From positions 3,286,001 to 3,350,000 of the forward strand of contig OZ365118.1 of assembly GCA_977030845.1 (NCBI GenBank): a stretch of DNA of 64,000 bases, given 5' to 3'. Position 1 is the first letter of the stretch. Every line of letters starts with the position of its first letter. This document shows positions 27,401 through 39,669 of the stretch, piece by piece. Both the position numbers and the translations under genes were made by a program. Below the pieces are notes generated by a model that saw only the letters and a program-made list of their open reading frames with translations, made no database searches and was not told where the DNA came from. This DNA is from Fimbriosthenelais zetlandica (Eukaryota).

Positions 27401-29003
27401 TCTGGGAAAATAGACTGCAGCAATGTATTGCTTTACCTATAGATTCTCATTGAATGAGTGGATAATCATTTACTGCGACTCCATGAAATAAGAGACATAA
27501 ATCATCCCATAGACTGTGGTACTTTCCCTAATGGATTTGGAATTTTTTTTATACTTTTAGTAATATTTCAAGCAGTATACTATTTGAATATAGGAGGCCC
27601 CCATCTTAGACTGTTTCTATGGTGATATTATGATAGTATTCTGGGAACTACATGGAGGAGACAGCTGATAGCAATGCCATTACCTTCACAAACAATATCT
27701 GCATTCACTTATTTCTATAGGAAAAGATTCTTTGAAATGTATATGGAGCTTGTGGATAGAAGTTCCTTTGTCATTACAATTCTATATTCCATGAAAGTAC
27801 ATTAACATTATAGATACAGATTTACATTAACTAAGTTTTACCTGCATTCCGGTCTCTAAGTTACTCTGATGTGGATTTCCTATTTGGATGTTCTCACTCC
27901 TGCCCTCCCTGCCTCCCACATTTAACTGAGGTATTAATCAATTTGAAAACTAATCGCGTGCCTAATTGGAACCCTAGAGATTTTACAATAGATGATGCAC
28001 AAACCGTATTAGTCAGTATCTGAGATAACCGGGGTTTATCTTATTTGTGTAGGGTTTTATTCACAGTTTACAGGTGTCATAATGAGATGGTGTGTATGTA
28101 TGGTAGTATTATCCACCCACTAGTCCTGTCTATCCTTATCTTACTGAAGATATGTTCATCATGTCTCCTGTCTAAATCCACGACCTGTCACCTAATCCTG
28201 ATTATACATAGGCTCAGTGAGAATAAAGAAAACACACTGACACTTCCTCCCTCCCACCCTCCCTCACTCAACCCCTATAGTTATTTCCAGCAATGGATAT
28301 AATTTTGGCTATTCAGAAATTCCAGGGATGCAACAAGATTGCATTTGATCTATATTGAAATAGAAAAATCGCTATCTGAAAGTAAGTCAGTCCCATAACA
28401 GTAAGTCCCATAAACGATCGTATTTGGGTATCAAAATGAACTAAAACCAGTACTGTATGCTAACCCTCTCTCTTTCCATTACTTCCCTTCCTTTCCACTC
28501 CCCTTTCCTTTCTTCCCTCTCCCCTTCTGTCCCCTCTAGGTCTATATCTAATACCTACCAGCTGATAGCTGACCAGTATAGCCCCATCTCTCCCCCCTCT
28601 ATGTCCGTCCACGCCCCCCCACCTCCTCCTCCCCCCCCCTCCCCCCTCACACTGATCAGCCCTGAAGAAGTACATTGATGAGAAATCAATTGTGAGGCAA
28701 TCTTTTTGAGAGGCTGGAGACGGTGGGAGTTACACACGTCTGTGGGGTGGAGGGTGCTACATACACGCTATGGTATTAAAGCTGGGGGCTATACAATCTA
28801 CCCCCGACTACTCCCCCATATAGGTACCAGTAGTGCATCGGCCAATGTTATTCTCTACATGCCGATACACATCGCCACTTATCATCACTGAAACCCATGG
28901 TCAGTTATTACTACAAAAGCATTCTAAAAGGGCATTACACTTACCAAGCTTTATATCTCCCCCCTTCCCTTCCTTTCTCTTTCTCTCATATCTCCTTCTG
29001 TCA

Positions 29004-29052
29004 TCTCTCTCTCTTCTGTCTCTCACTCTGTCTCTGTCTCTCTCTCTGTCTC

Positions 29053-29096
<44 letters not shown>
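29004..29096. repeat. (CT)n microsatellite
   Basis: Pure (CT)n from about 29056 to 29096, preceded by a degenerate CT/CTGT run. Confidence 0.95.
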
Positions 29097-29099
<3 letters not shown>

Positions 29100-29734
29100 A
29101 TTTATCTATATTCTCTGATATCCCACCTACCTGTTCATTGTAATGGTCCTAGTATAGGGTCTTCCCTGTGTTCATCCAGAGTTTGCCTTGGGGAGGTTTA
29201 ACATGTGATCTTATATAGAACCAGCTGGTCCTCTCTCTCCATCAATAGATCCGTACCTCCCTCCTCCTCCTCTATATCCTCCCACCATTCAACAAGCTGT
29301 TTTTTCCTCACCTATGGTTCAATAATCAGCGACTATGAGTGATCGGCTAGTAGTACTAGCAGAGTAACTACCAGCGCTTGGTAACTTAAGCACTGGAGGA
29401 ATGATCCCAGTTTGGCTCCTTTACAAGTGAATGTGAATGAGTAAGTCCTTCATTCCTTCATTCTTTTTTGAATGTTTAATCCACAAGCTGTTATCATTGC
29501 ATATGGACTGACTCTCCCATGTGTCTGTGGTTATATATGGCTATGTCTTTAGTACGTTAGGAAGCTGGGATATTGTACTGGAGACTGCGTCTTTCCCTCT
29601 CTGTGGCTGACGGGACATGGAGCTCCTAACGCCGTGAGGAGAACACCTCCTCAACCAGCCTCCCCCTCCCGACACCAAGGCGCCACCAGTGGCACCTACA
29701 CCAACTACACAGGCACCTCAAACTGATAAGACCC

Positions 29735-29791
29735 CTCGCTCTCCGCTCTCTCTCTCTCTCTCTCCTCTCTCTCTCCCTCTCATCTCTCTCA
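29735..29791. repeat. (CT)n microsatellite, imperfect
   Basis: Interrupted CTCTCT run. Confidence 0.85.
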
Positions 29792-32520
29792 GTTAAAACC
29801 TAAACCCTCAAGGAAAGAGCTCATTTTGCACACAAAGGTGGCTAATCAATTTGAAAATGAAATTCGCCTCGGGTGAAAAATGAATTGATTGGGAATCAGT
29901 GCATGAATACCTAGATTAGAAATTGATGACAAATCAGGGGGCTCCATTTAACGTGGCATTGTTGAGCGGCTATCTCATATCTGAAGTACTCTATCAAATG
30001 TTAAATGTCACAGGTAAATCATATCTCTTTACCTGGACTATCTGATGTAGGCTTACATGTCCTTGTTACAATACAATATCTATACCGTTCATTTTGTATT
30101 TGTGGAAAGAGAAAAAAGAAAGATTAGGATTATGGAAAGGACATTTGCAGGCACACATGACTGCAGCCATTTTATTCTTTAAGCATTGGTTTGGCTAAAT
30201 TTCTAAAAGAAATCTTTAGACATGACTTTTACGTAATTGGTTTCAACTACAGGAATATCCTAAGTGACATAAACCTCCCGTCTGGCTATAGATTAAGCTA
30301 GAGACGTTCGCAGCATGAAACCCCATTTTCTTCTGCATCCTAAATTGAACCAATATTGTGAAAATTCTTTGCCTTTCTATCCAAGGCTTAGATCATGAAC
30401 ATATATATGTTGTTCGTGCAATTGTTTCAGAAAAGAGCAGTGATGGAATACATTGTAAAATCCATAGAATAAGCATGTTTTAACGGAGGCTGGGAGGTGG
30501 GTGAGAGTGCGGGACTGTCAACATGGATGTATAAGGTCCGTGACTGAGTGAATAGTAGGACTGAATGTACTTCATGCTTCCTACTGATACACCCATTCAC
30601 CTGTCTTATCACCACCCCTCACTCCTCCCTCCATCTCTCCCTACCCTAATACTCATGTTTGTTCACGTTTGGACATCAGAACGTGAAAAAACATCCATCA
30701 GTGTATGCTTCCTATCAGATGATGGCCGGTTAGTGCATCATGCAGTGGTGCTTGGTTTGAGGCGGGGGGGGGGGGGTGTGTTGGGGGGTGGACCCACTCC
30801 CAATCTTCACCCTAAATGCCCTTTCTACAGCCCAAGTGTCCTTTCCCCATGGTCTCTTTTTAAGCCAATGTGCTTTTCTTACACCCCATGATATGCTCTA
30901 TTGCATTTAGTACATACCTACTCATCTTCTCTACAAATTTCAAAATTATTTATCACTTTTTAATCGAGATTTTGACCAATTACGAAATCATAACATTGTA
31001 CCAGACGTTTGCCAATCCATTCCTCCCTCCCCCAAACACTTCATATGTCACCCAGGTCTATTCTAAGACCAGGCCATGGCGAAGGAGGTCAATTACTACT
31101 ACCTCCACATTCACAGGTCACCAATATCAGTAAGACTATACTGTTGATCACACAACTAACCACAACTTGTGTCCCATTTACACCTCGACCAACCCCGAAA
31201 CATAACCTAAGTGACAAGTACATCAAATATTCTAAATTAAGGCAGGTCAGATTTTTTTGCAATTTCCCTCCACTGACTGTTAGACCAAATTCTGTGGTGG
31301 TGCATGGGGCAAAGTGGCCTTTACCATGGCACCCTGCAGCATGTAAATCATGGATCCTGTACATGTATGGATCAATATGACAGGTTGATATTGTATAGAA
31401 TACATCCCATGTTCATATTTCATCCCATATATCCCTCCCTGCACCTTACCATAGATGGACACACTAATCAAAGATCTAAAGATCCGTGAGCCGAGATCCA
31501 CACTGAACACGCAACACCAGCCAAGCTAAGCTGAGGTGGTTATACATGATTCTACATGAAGCTCATGATTCATGACTGATGCTCATGTCTCATGACTGCT
31601 ACGCCAGCTGAAAATACCATATCATATCCATATACAATATCAGTCATGAGCTAAATCAGGGGATGTCAATTTACTCCCTTCACCTTTGAAATCCATATTT
31701 ATTAAATGTTTCTGACAAAATAATATTGTGCGGATTGAGATTGAGCTCGGAGATGTAATTTAATTTGGATTTATTATTTTAATACTCAACTCTGGATCAA
31801 ATTGTCTATAAAATAACATCAACTTTAAATCAATATTGTTTTTTCTAAGAGATATTAAAGTTTCTATTGAATGTGTTGAACAGTCGTGTTGAAATTGATA
31901 TAACATTACACTTGATATTTCTATATTTTTCAGATTGCCATCGCTAAGGTCATTGTCCGTGCTGGGACCAGCGGCCATGATATAGGAGCTCTCACGACAC
32001 TGGAAGACCATCAAAACCGGTTTGTATTGTTAAAGTTCTTCTAGTATAAATTAGTAAAAAAAGAAAAAGATACAGCGATATGCGAAGTATCATGCGTCTT
32101 ACTGCCATTCATGAACCAATTATGAATAATTATGTTGAATGAATTTAAAATTGTTAAAAGTACATGAAGTACAGTGAGTAAGAGTGGAGGGCCAGTCGTG
32201 CTGTAGTGGACAGTATGGGAGATGGCCAGTGATATTACTTGTACAACAGTAGACAGCTCTCTCTCTCTTGTCCTCTTTTCAATGGTCAGATTTATCTTAT
32301 GGGTGTAGTAAAGGTTCTGGTGGTGGGGGATGGGAGTTAATGGGTGTTAGCACGATCACAGGACACTCCCACCATCCTATGTCCAGTTATCCACTTAACC
32401 TAGAAAAATAATGTAACTAAACATTTGAATCCAAAGCAATGTTTCTTGGCCCTTGGTTAAGTAAATGTACAATAATGATTTTTTCAATTGTTGTACATAT
32501 GTTCCTATAGGTGGGAGGGG

Positions 32521-32663
32521 TACCGTATTTGCCAGAGTAGGACTTTTTTTCCCAAAAATCGCGGGTTTCTATACAAAGAAGCGGTTATATATGGGTTTTA
32601 ATCTGAGCGGCCAGGGGGTGCGGTTTATAGTCAGGTGCGGTTTGTACTCTGGTAAATACGGTT
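32521..32663. mobile_element. Small non-autonomous TIR element (MITE), probably Tc1/mariner-pogo superfamily
   Basis: Left end TACCGTATTTGCCAGAGTA (32521-32539) and right end TACTCTGGTAAATACGGTT (32645-32663) form 19-bp inverted repeats with 2 mismatches. The TA-CCGTATTT start fits TA-targeting elements. No ORF. Confidence 0.7.
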
Positions 32664-35600
32664 ATATTTGGAGTTTAGTGAGCATCTCTCTGACCGTGTG
32701 TGAGTGACCTATAAAGCTGTAGATCTAACCTGGACCAGGCTCACTATGATTGAACACTAGCGTGATGCGTATATCATGTACAAGATCCACGAGGCTTACA
32801 CTGCCCAGTACTGTATAGTGGGGCGAGTAGGGGGGGGGGGGTATCACAACCCCCACCCAGCCCCACCCAACCCCCACCCAGCCCACCAGGGAATGTCTCA
32901 TAAAACATCCACATCTGCCCCTTCATGGTTTTGGTTTAGAAATATTCACTGGCAACAGGATTTTAGATATTTCTTTTTGGGGGATTATGTTAGGGCTTCT
33001 TCTCTACCCTAAAATTATCTCTAAACTGTTTTGGATGAGATTCTTGTAGGGTTTCGTTGAAACCGTTCGTTGAAATATTGTTGATATTTTGAAATTCTGA
33101 TGGCAGTAGCGTTGTATAAAGTGACAATAATGAAAACTATGATGATTTTTTTCGTTGAGATGAACCCTGTTTTCCAGCTACAGGTGGAAGTGGCTGAAAA
33201 GGGCCATGATTTACAGACTAAAGCTGAAATAGTGAGTTAGTCTACAAGCCTCTTACAGTATCCATCACAGTGCGGGGAGAGGGGGAGCTTACCACCACCT
33301 CAACACCAGCTCAGAGCAGCTCACCTTACCCACCCACCCTATACATCACTCTCAATGCAACAATCTATTCCACTTTCATCATTTTTTTTTTTTTCAAATT
33401 TCAACATTTATCACATTTTCAATCTTCTTTCTTGTCATAATTCGATCTTCATGATTTGGAACAGATTTTAGAGTTAATTGCAGTGGTGTATTATACTTTT
33501 GTATTATTTTTTTTGTGGCGGGGGGGCTGCATTCTTCTTGATATATTACCTTTTTTATGACCCATACTTTTTGCTATAGGTCCGTGGTTGTCAGTTTTTT
33601 CTCATCCATACATGGAATCCACCTCCATGCTATGTTTTATCATACTATCCGAGTATACAGAGTTTTGATTTTATCTTATCTGTACAGAGAAAATGACTAC
33701 ACAGAGTCGGATAAAGATATAAAAGAGCTGGAGCTAAATACAGTTATTTCCCATCTATATCCCAGCTCTATATTACCCCATACAGTAATAGGTCCTATAG
33801 TAGATGAACTATAAAAACCCGCCCATGCTGTACATGGACTACAATAGGAGATATTGAAGCCATTGTAAAAACCTTCTCTGGTCAATTATTCCCTCTGCCG
33901 GCTCTACTTGACCGTCTCCCGCTCCTTCTCCTTCCCCAGAGCACGGACCCACCATTAAATACAAGTCGTGTCTTGTGACTTTTGATAGCTGGCCATTTTT
34001 TGTGGCTGTCCCTCAGGATAGCATGATATTGAGGGCTGTAAAAGGCTCATCAAAATGACACACGACTCGAGCATATCTGAATGTACTCGTGCAGGATCAG
34101 AGTGAGGTGAATTTGAGGGAATTAGGCGTTAAAGTATGAGAAAAAGTGGAGAAATATCCATCTCTCTCTGGATGAATGTTAAAATTGCCATGCTTGAAAC
34201 TGTCATGGAAGGGACGATTTCCATCTCCATCTTTCTCTCTATAGCCTCTACATAGCTGCATTGCTATCCATTCTTCACATCTATATTTCATAGATATTCC
34301 TTTTACACAGCTATATCTCACAGATATTCTTTCCTATAGTTGTAAACTAGATCCCCCCCCCCCCCCCCGCCCCTCCACTCTGTATTCCGCGCGATCCCGC
34401 GTATTCACATTTCCCTGTTATGAGCCACCGTACATGTAAGTAGTATATACAAATGTGCGTATATCACGGGCGTGAATGGCTGGGGTCTGAACGCTGCTGC
34501 GGCTATCACAAGATCACATGTCGTAAACTAGCTCAATGTCGTAAAGCAGCGCAATCTCTCGCTATTTGTCACCCGCCCGTCTGCCCTACACCATCTCTTT
34601 TTAGCTAATTCATCATTTGAAAAAATGGGCGCGCACTTGGAATGGGCGCGCGGCGGGCCTTTACGGCTGGCTTTAATTGTCATTGCTCACTGGAGTGACG
34701 ACTATAAAATGTTTAATCACGTTAAGCACATTTAGTTTGGATTTTGTTCTGTAGTAAGCACACATTGAGAGGGGTCGGGGGGCAGCGTGGAGAATGGAAT
34801 CACAATGGATCCAGTGTCATGCACGGTGGATAGCGCTGTTAGGGTTGTGATGAATGGTTTATATTGGGTTATGGTTGGACAAGATCTGAATGGGGTCGGC
34901 TGTGGTTACATGCCACTTTGTACCTTCATGTGAACCACAAGCTGGTGTTTTTCTGTGTGAAATTAGTTTATTTTACACGGGGTATTTGGAAAACCTGTGA
35001 GCAGAAAATTTAAATTGAGCTGATTGAGCTGCTCAATAGCATAATAGTGGAGCTAATTTGAAAACCACATGTTGATCATATTTTTGCCTGTGTATAGTAC
35101 ACCATTTAGCCCCAGATGTACACTATTTCCCTTGTGGAATATTAAATATCTGAGGTCTATATCATCTATTAGGCTTGTGTCAATGTGATGCACTATTGAC
35201 TTGCTAAATGCCAATATGCATTTCATCTTGGAGACAAAAAATGTACTTTCCGTGATTGTGGTGAGAATAGATAAGATGGAGGATTATCATGTCTGTGTTG
35301 TCATGTCTGTGTTCCATGTTATCTGCCAGTATATATTCTTTATCACCTCCCCCCAGCCCCCAGCCCCCAGCCCCCCGCCCCCCGCGCCCCGCCCCCAGCC
35401 CCATCCTCTCACCGCATCAGTTCCCCCTCTAAATACATCATGATTAACCATCGATTTTTCACCTCCCAACAGACCGCGAAATCCCACCAGGTTCCAACTG
35501 TGAACGCAATTAAGATACCATACCAATTAGACATGATGGGCTTGATATATAAACTATCAATAATGACAGATCAAAATACGATCCAAACATTTATAACAGA

Positions 35601-37403
35601 TTATTATCCCATGTTTTATGCAGTTGAGATGTTATCGGGAAGATATGGTGAGAGGGAACATTATTGACTTATTGCTGTTCACTCACGTATATCAGGGGAT
35701 GATTTTTCTATGTATCGGTCCCTTGTTTTACCCCCTTGTTTTACCCATGTTGACTAGCCATCCCTGATGCTAGAGTTTCTGATTCATATAGCAGCAGTTC
35801 TGTAAAAACAAGCATAGACAAGGCAGAATATATGAACGATCACACTGCTGCCAACCTACTCCTATCATATCTCAGCTGCGGCTTTTTAAGGGAATAGAAA
35901 ATATAATTATATTTTTACAAGTGTCGCTGGCTTGTATGTAGGAGATATGGACAGGTCTATACAGTATATAATCTATGGTTATGTGAACAGATAAAAACAG
36001 ACTAGCTCGGTGGGGCGAGGGGAAGGGTAGAATATTGTCTGGACCGTATATATCATCCTTATTAAGCAATACCATCCAGGGATCTTATCCCCCCCTGTCA
36101 AAAGTTTCAGGACAAACGTTTCAATATAATTGGGATTCTTAGAAAAGCTAACACTTATTGTTATATCTTCTGTGAGTGTGCAGCAAAAGTTAATACTGTT
36201 GCTTTCAAACTATGAATTAAAAAAAATAGTGGATCGGGTATATTTTAAAACATATTCGCATATTCTCTCAGATACAAAGACTCAAGTTTTAAATTTCAGT
36301 AACTTTAGACCAAAATAATGATAGAAAACCATGTGGAGGAGAGGACTTATATTCCTGTTTGAACACGACTTTGTTCACCTCAAACATCCTCCAATTTCCG
36401 ATTGTGAGAAGTACAATAAATGGATAATTTACTCGGACCATTAACTCGATGATTGGTGCAGTGGGACCGTGCAATGTATGGGACGTCAATCCTCACCTCA
36501 ATGTGTGACATAATGTATGAAGCAAATTGCTCAAATCCATATGTGAAGGTGGAGGGCCAGACTGGCGTAAATGTCAGAACACCCATGATTTGTGTCCTCC
36601 TATTTCCTCAAATTGCTCCTCTCAGGGCTGCTAGCGTTTCTACCGGGTGCTTTTCTCATGCTCCGACTCCACAATTACCATATTTAACTCTAGGTTTAGA
36701 TATATACAAACATCATATATATTTATGAGCATTCATCATTGAATTGTGGTATTCAAAATGTTTTATTGTCGGGATGTTTTGACATCTTTTGTGCGATATT
36801 ATATTCACCAAAAACTGTTATATTTGGTTGAATGTTCAGCCACAGTTTGTCTCCCACTGGCGGGAAGTATTTCAAGAATTTGAAGGGACTGAAGATATTT
36901 TTATGACCTATTCATGAAATATTAATGGGGAATTGTAAAATAATTGTTTCTACAAACTTTGGGTGTTCTTTTTTAAGTAATGCATTTTCTTTCTCCTAAA
37001 TGTCAGCTGTGTTTTTATTTACTTTTTTTGTGATGTTTCCCGGGAAATGTCACTTTGTCTTTAACAATAACTCAAAATACTGTACTTTAAATCTCCATTA
37101 ATGAAGAAAGTACATGTGAAACCTACATTTTTAACACTATCGCTTGATTGCTCATTTAGACAGATATGGTGATTCTGACATTCCCAGTGGCAATGATCTA
37201 GTGAATCAAATCAATAAAATCAATAAATCTAATGATAAATAAAGCAGACAACAAAATTATAACCTTTCACAGATATTGAAAGTATAGGTCATAGATATCT
37301 TATCACTCATAGATTTAACATCTAATTGGCCGGTTAAAAATGTACCTTGGATTAGCTGTTAATCAAGTGGGTGGATCGTATCCTTGAGGGATGTAGGTGG
37401 AGT

Positions 37404-37430
37404 GGGGGGGGGGGGGGGGGGGGGGGGGGG
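37404..37430. repeat. Poly-G run (27 nt)
   Basis: Uninterrupted G run. Similar G or C runs occur near 30763, 34352 and 48590. Confidence 0.9.
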
Positions 37431-38478
37431 TGGAGAGTGAGAAAAAAAGGCATGCGGCGGGAGGATATTGGTTAATGTAGTGTAGGCCCGGTTGTTAGTG
37501 GACGTTATAACATAACGTATGGAGACGTTATGCGCCTAGGAATTACCTACACCTTCACACAGATTATTTGGCTATTTTTTATTGCTGTCATTGTACAGTG
37601 GTGGGCGATTATTCAGCATGCCGCGAGGCGGTGATAAGGCATTACAAGGCGCAGCTTCAGTACAGTTAAGCCTCCCGGGAATACTTATTACATTATTCCC
37701 TCCATTGGAATGACAATGATGAATGAGATGCTGCATTGGCAGCGAAAAAAAACACAAGAAAAACCCTTTTTATGTCTGTTTTTATAAGGCCTGTGGAAAT
37801 CCTGGAAAATATGTTTTCGCACTCACACTCCCCCCTCCCCCTCCTGCTTTCTCCTTCCATATCATTCTCCATTTGGTTGTCTGTGTACGTGTTGATTATA
37901 ATCAAGAGTATCCATGAACTAGTTCTAACTAGTATTAACTATCTTGACTATATCTATTTTACCCTAGTGTGGGTGGGGAGTAAGCTGTATTATGAACACC
38001 GATAATTTTGAATGAATTGGCATTCGCTAAACTTTGGTACTAGTAAATTTCAACCTTGGGTGTTCCACTTCGAGTGCTATAGATGGCCCATGCCCGTCCT
38101 CCCCCGCGCTCTCTCATGGTTACGTAACAAACCTCGCACCTTTCCGGTTGAGTGATTTCAGAGGTGCGGGTGGGTGACCTATGGGTATCGGTCCAACCCG
38201 CGGGGGCGGGGGGGGGGCACACCTGAATGCACCTACATGCACTAGCTATAATTAGGTCAGTGCTTCAGTCACCCCCTCCATTAGTCGGTCAACAGGCACC
38301 CGCCCGGGTCAAAATACTATAGGATTACGGAGATTTAGTGGAGAAATGGAATATATTTTTGTGATTTACGCTTCATGGACAAATGAAATGTAATTGTGCT
38401 CACTGGACTGATGGATTATATTTCTGTGATTTGTGTTCTGTGGACAGATGGATTATATTTCTGCGATTTGCGTTTCAG

Positions 38479-38529
38479 GGCATCATAACCAAAGCCAAAC
38501 GCATGCACATTCCGCTTGTCATCGATGCG
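38479..38529 (+). CDS. NAXD: NAXD/CARKD (ATP-dependent NAD(P)HX dehydratase) internal exon, 51 nt, phase 0/0
   Basis: Acceptor TTTGCGTTTCAG, donor GTAAGT. Encodes GIITKAKRMHIPLVIDA, matching vertebrate NAXD GILEVSKARDIPVVIDA (recalled) in length and in the P-x-V-I-D-A motif. Confidence 0.92.
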
Positions 38530-38890
38530 GTAAGTAATGACGCAATACACATTTACCTTTACCTCATAAAAGCCATTACATGTATTAGTATTGAAAACTC
38601 AGCTTGTGAATTGTACATTTTAGTGAAGGTAGATATGAAGTATGAGCTAGGATATAAGATAGGATGTATGTATAATGTGGTAGTCTTGGAGTGTTTTCTG
38701 TTATATAATTTATGGAAGCCAATATGGCTGACCGTAAGTAATGACACAATACACATTACCTCAAACTTTATGTTTGAAATTTCGAAGCCATGATTTGTAT
38801 TGGAGAACTCAGCTTGTGAATTCTACATTTTAGTGAAGGTAGATAGGAAGTGTGAACTAGGATATTATAATTATAATGTGGTAGTCTTAG
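38530..38890 (+). repeat. Diverged 204-bp tandem duplication at the 5' end of the NAXD intron, including the splice donor
   Basis: GTAAGTAATGAC(G/A)CAATACACATT at 38530 and 38734. AACTCAGCTTGTGAATT(G/C)TACATTTTAGTGAAGGTAGATA at about 38596 and 38806. Confidence 0.85.
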
Positions 38891-39564
38891 TCGGGGCTTG
38901 TACTCTTATAATTATAATTGACTTTAGCTAATATCACTGACCGTGACGGGGGGAAGGCTGACATATTGAGATGATTTCAACTGTCACTGTCACTTCATGT
39001 CAGTTCATGGCGCCTTCATTCAACCTTCTATGATACCAGGCAAGATCAAGAGATCGGAACCCTGAGAGAAATAATTGTGATTCAACCAGAAATTGACTTG
39101 AATAATTTTACATGTTGTTTAGATCAGGCTCTCAAAACTTCCTTCTAATGTTGTTTGATTCAGGATGAAATGTGACATTTCTGTCTGTAATTCTAACAGT
39201 TTGAAGCTTGGTTCTCTGACAGTGTCTCAGTTCACGAACTGTAATGTAATGTAGATTTGTATGGAATTATCTTTCAATATTTTACAATTTGTTATGTGAT
39301 TTATCTCCTGCGCACATTCCACTGCGCACCTCTGACTGCGTTCCCTATTTCTCTCCCTCTCCACTCCCTCTCTTCCCTCCCCCATCTCTCTCCCTTCCCT
39401 TTCCTTTCTCTCTCCCTTCCCCTTCCCCTTCTCTCTCCCTTCCCCTTTCCTTCATCCCTCCTTCCTTTCTCTCCCCAATCCTCTCCTTTCCTTTATCTGT
39501 TTGACTTTAATATCCATGTTTCATTTTAATATCATGTGTTATAAATATTATTTTTCGCCTCCAG

Positions 39565-39669
39565 GACGGCCTTCATCTTGTCACTGAGAAGCCGGACCTC
39601 ATCAAAGGTTATAAACGCGCCACCCTCACCCCTAACGCCATGGAGTTCACCCGCCTCTACCAAGCGCTG
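39565..39669 (+). CDS. NAXD: NAXD/CARKD internal exon, 105 nt, phase 0/0
   Basis: Acceptor TTTTTCGCCTCCAG, donor GTCAGT. Encodes DGLHLVTEKPDLIKGYKRATLTPNAMEFTRLYQAL (35 aa), matching NAXD [35 protein letters not shown] (recalled). Splicing to the previous exon rebuilds the VIDA-DGL and LTPNxxEF motifs of the YjeF-C/ribokinase-like family. Confidence 0.95.

Noticed and set aside
31934-32019. Candidate exon after a TTTTTCAG acceptor (IAIAKVIVRAGTSGHDIGALTTLEDHQN; alternative frame LPSLRSLSVLGPAAMI)
   Set aside because: The donor is weak (GTTTGT). The frame faintly like NAXD LPRLHALVVGPG stops immediately and lacks GPGLG.
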